Source: Flavobacteriales bacterium
Lineage (GTDB): Bacteria; Bacteroidota; Bacteroidia; Flavobacteriales_C; GCA-002722245
DNA: 64,000 nt
Assembly (NCBI GenBank): GCA_002717515.1
Contig: PBEC01000018.1
Location: forward strand, 198,630 to 262,629
Direction: 5' to 3'
Shown: in pieces, positions 61,722 to 64,000 of the stretch
How the letters are laid out: each line of letters opens with the position of its first letter
How positions within the stretch are numbered: the first letter of the stretch is position 1
The notes under the pieces: generated by a model
Told to the model about the DNA's origin: nothing
Databases searched by the model: none
What the model saw: the letters and a program-made list of their open reading frames with translations, nothing else
Made by a program: the position numbers and the translations under genes

Positions 61722-62633
61722 TTAATAAAATTGATCGGTTAAAAATGTAATAAGTACTAGCGGTAGATATATAAAAGAGGCGAACATTAATTTTGTCGCC
61801 CATTTTTCATTCAAAGTTTTCATTAACATAAAGGCAGGATATAACATTATTATGCCCAGAGATAAAACTATTATACTGGAAATAAAACCTGCAACGCCAA
61901 TTTGTGAATGACAGGGAAGCATTGCTATAGGTATCATAAACAATGTATACAATAGAATTTGAAATGCACTTTTGAAGTCCTTTCCACCAGGCGAAGGTAA
62001 AAGTTGAAAACCTCCTTTTTTATAATCATCATGACATTTCCAGGCTATAGCCCAAAAGTGCGGGAATTGCCACATAAATTGAATGCAGAAAACAGATAGA
62101 GCAGCTGGTGAAATGGCTATTTTATCAGACGCTTCGAATGCAGTCCAACCAATCAAAGGAGGTGCAGCTCCTGGAAAAGCACCTATAAAAACGGCCCATG
62201 GTGTTTTTTGCTTCATGGGCGTATAAATAAAGGAGTATATTGCCAAACTTGATAAACCTAAAATTCCTGTAAGAGGGTTGAGTTTAAACCACAAAATCAG
62301 AGTGCCTAAAACACCTGAAATCAAAGTTATTGACCATGCAGTTTTTAAAGACATTCTTTTTGTTGGTAAAGGCCGGTTTTGCGTTCTAGACATTAATTTA
62401 TCCAGGTCTTTTTCAAAGATTTGATTGAAACCGTTTGAACTTATTGTAACCAACATTCCTCCGAAACATAACCAAATTACAGAATACCAATCAATATCAT
62501 GGTTTCTGTATTTAACAGCTGTTATGTAAGTTATGAACGCAGAAAAGACGACTAAAAGAGCAAGACGAAGTTTGACAAACTCTTTTAAATCATAAGCTAA
62601 ACTGTAATTTTTATCTTTTATTATGCTTTCCAA
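61722..62633 (-). CDS. cyoE: Protoheme IX farnesyltransferase (heme O synthase)
   Basis: D..MSRTQNRPLP, YTPMK, GAFPGAAPPLIGW and WQFPHFWAI. TTG start with TATCTTTG upstream. Confidence 0.94.
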   Translation of the reverse strand: MESIIKDKNYSLAYDLKEFVKLRLALLVVFSAFITYITAVKYRNHDIDWYSVIWLCFGGMLVTISSNGFNQIFEKDLDKLMSRTQNRPLPTKRMSLKTAWSITLISGVLGTLILWFKLNPLTGILGLSSLAIYSFIYTPMKQKTPWAVFIGAFPGAAPPLIGWTAFEASDKIAISPAALSVFCIQFMWQFPHFWAIAWKCHDDYKKGGFQLLPSPGGKDFKSAFQILLYTLFMIPIAMLPCHSQIGVAGFISSIIVLSLGIIMLYPAFMLMKTLNEKWATKLMFASFIYLPLVLITFLTDQFY

Positions 62634-62702
62634 AACAAATAGAATATACTACAAAGATAGGCCATTTCAAATCAATCAAAAAGCATTATTTATCGAGGTT
62701 CT

Positions 62703-63416
62703 CTATCGCATTCCTGCGGTTGCATACCCACCGAGAACAAAAATCATTTTAATTTGAGGAATTTTTCTCTTATTCAATGATTTATAGTACCACTGTAAAT
62801 GCAATCCACCCCATTTGTAGGCTTTTGAATAGAGTTGCTTTTTATTTTCAGATTCCAGTTTCTTAAGTATTTTTTTTGCAAAACTATGATAATCAAGAGG
62901 TTCAATCTCTTTTCTAACCGGATTAACTTCACTTTTCCTTGGTTTTTTACCATAGAATAATTTGAATTCAGATTTTTTGTTGTTTTTGCTGTAAAAGTAT
63001 TCAGATTTTCCATCATAATCCAACGCTTCATATTCTCCTACAATAGGAACAACTAAACCGCCATCAAACCCCTCGTTTTTTGTTTTAATATACAATGAAC
63101 GATTAATTTTTCTTTCGATGGAGGAAGGGTTTGAAAAACGTTTCAATTCTAATTTGTCTTGAAATTCCAATGATACTTTGTTCAAAGCTGAGTTGAAGCG
63201 AAGGGAGTCAAGTCCCTTTTTTCTTCTTTTATCGTTGACCAATTGAAAAACAGTCTTGTTCAATAAAATATTGTCGAAGGATCTTACACTGATTTTTTTG
63301 GATTTAGCATTTGAGTAGTTTGTTTTTGTTTGACTTTTTATTCTTTTATTAATTTCATCATTATCGAATGTTGCCAGGGAAAAGAGAATTAAAATAGAAA
63401 GAATAGATTTTATCAT
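62703..63416 (-). CDS. Hypothetical secreted basic protein, possibly a degenerate CAP/SCP domain
   Basis: Signal peptide. VNDKRRKKGLDSLRFNSALNKV resembles a CAP N-terminus, but the conserved histidines are not evident. Confidence 0.55.
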   Translation of the reverse strand: MIKSILSILILFSLATFDNDEINKRIKSQTKTNYSNAKSKKISVRSFDNILLNKTVFQLVNDKRRKKGLDSLRFNSALNKVSLEFQDKLELKRFSNPSSIERKINRSLYIKTKNEGFDGGLVVPIVGEYEALDYDGKSEYFYSKNNKKSEFKLFYGKKPRKSEVNPVRKEIEPLDYHSFAKKILKKLESENKKQLYSKAYKWGGLHLQWYYKSLNKRKIPQIKMIFVLGGYATAGMR

Positions 63417-64000
63417 TTTGCTTTAACTTTTTCAAATTTTACTTTGTTGTTTATTCCCCATAAACCTGAATACAAGGTGTCGTTTAAAACTGTGCTAATT
63501 TTATAAATTCCCCTTTCTTTAATGATTTCTTTTGGATTGGACCAAAAATTATATCCCTTTGATACATTCGAAACAAGAACTTTTTGAGGGTGAAACCTTT
63601 TTCCATTTATGTAATAAATTGGTTTTTTAGTCACACCTTTATTAATGAGTAGAGGAGTAGCCATTTGATACAAACCAGGTTTATATATCTTCAAAACTTG
63701 CCGAGATGTTTCACTTTTGTTTACGTTTTTAATTGAATAAAGAGCTTTCGTATTATATATTCTAAAGGCTTCTAAATTCGCCTCAAAATTTTCATATCGA
63801 TTAATAAATAGAGTGTCCATTTTAAGCCATTTTTCTTTGCGCTTTTCCAGTGACTTTTTATATTTTCGATACTTGATTTTGTGCCATCTTTGAATTTTTT
63901 TTGCCTTGTAAACGGTAATAAAAGGTAAAGCCTCAATGGAAAAAGTATCTCTTCCTTGAATAAACTGAATTAAATAATTATCGTCATTAGGATTTGGGAA
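63413..64000 (-). CDS. Hypothetical protein, C-terminal part (truncated by window end)
   Basis: The frame of the 63413..63820 ORF stays open to base 64000 (FPNPNDDNYLIQFIQG...). ATGA overlap with the next gene. Confidence 0.7.
   Translation of the reverse strand, partial: FPNPNDDNYLIQFIQGRDTFSIEALPFITVYKAKKIQRWHKIKYRKYKKSLEKRKEKWLKMDTLFINRYENFEANLEAFRIYNTKALYSIKNVNKSETSRQVLKIYKPGLYQMATPLLINKGVTKKPIYYINGKRFHPQKVLVSNVSKGYNFWSNPKEIIKERGIYKISTVLNDTLYSGLWGINNKVKFEKVKAK

Noticed and set aside
81-63031. Many 60-140 aa ORFs antisense to or nested within real genes (e.g. 5817-6239, 13052-13351, 32878-33291, 44171-44491, 37785-38030)
   Set aside because: These are shadow frames of well-supported genes with no recognisable motifs.
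1-64000. CRISPR arrays, tRNA/rRNA genes, IS elements, prophage or defence systems
   Set aside because: No repeat-spacer periodicity, cloverleaf, transposase, integrase or nuclease motif was seen. Intergenic gaps are short and explained by promoters and terminators.

Overview
AT-rich, gene-dense core-genome segment of a Bacteroidota bacterium, most likely Flavobacteriales. The assignment rests on gld gliding genes, a DUF2795-type protein, TAnnTTTG promoters, the absence of Shine-Dalgarno motifs and a long FtsZ ending in NNSFLHDNVD. The window contains a complete dcw cluster (mraZ to ftsZ, followed by ddl), dnaG, mfd, nadE, metK, a split metH under a SAM-I riboswitch, a cyoE/coxIII/coxIII/coxIV/SCO/DUF420 cluster and scattered gliding/T9SS genes. 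I found no rRNA, tRNA, CRISPR array, transposase or prophage gene. The most notable observations are: (1) a stand-alone, intact MurD C-terminal domain (about 50% identical to the adjacent MurD) plus an unannotated 43-aa membrane protein inserted between murD and ftsW; (2) a solo gldM with its own terminator, next to an orphan CheY-like receiver; (3) a SAM-I aptamer followed directly by an 18-codon uORF and a hairpin over the metH initiation region; (4) a recurring TAnnTTT(G/A)-N4-ATG layout suggesting many leaderless mRNAs; (5) a ligand-less SCO paralog and a SprA-like large outer-membrane protein. All calls come from recognising motifs by eye; no database searches were run.
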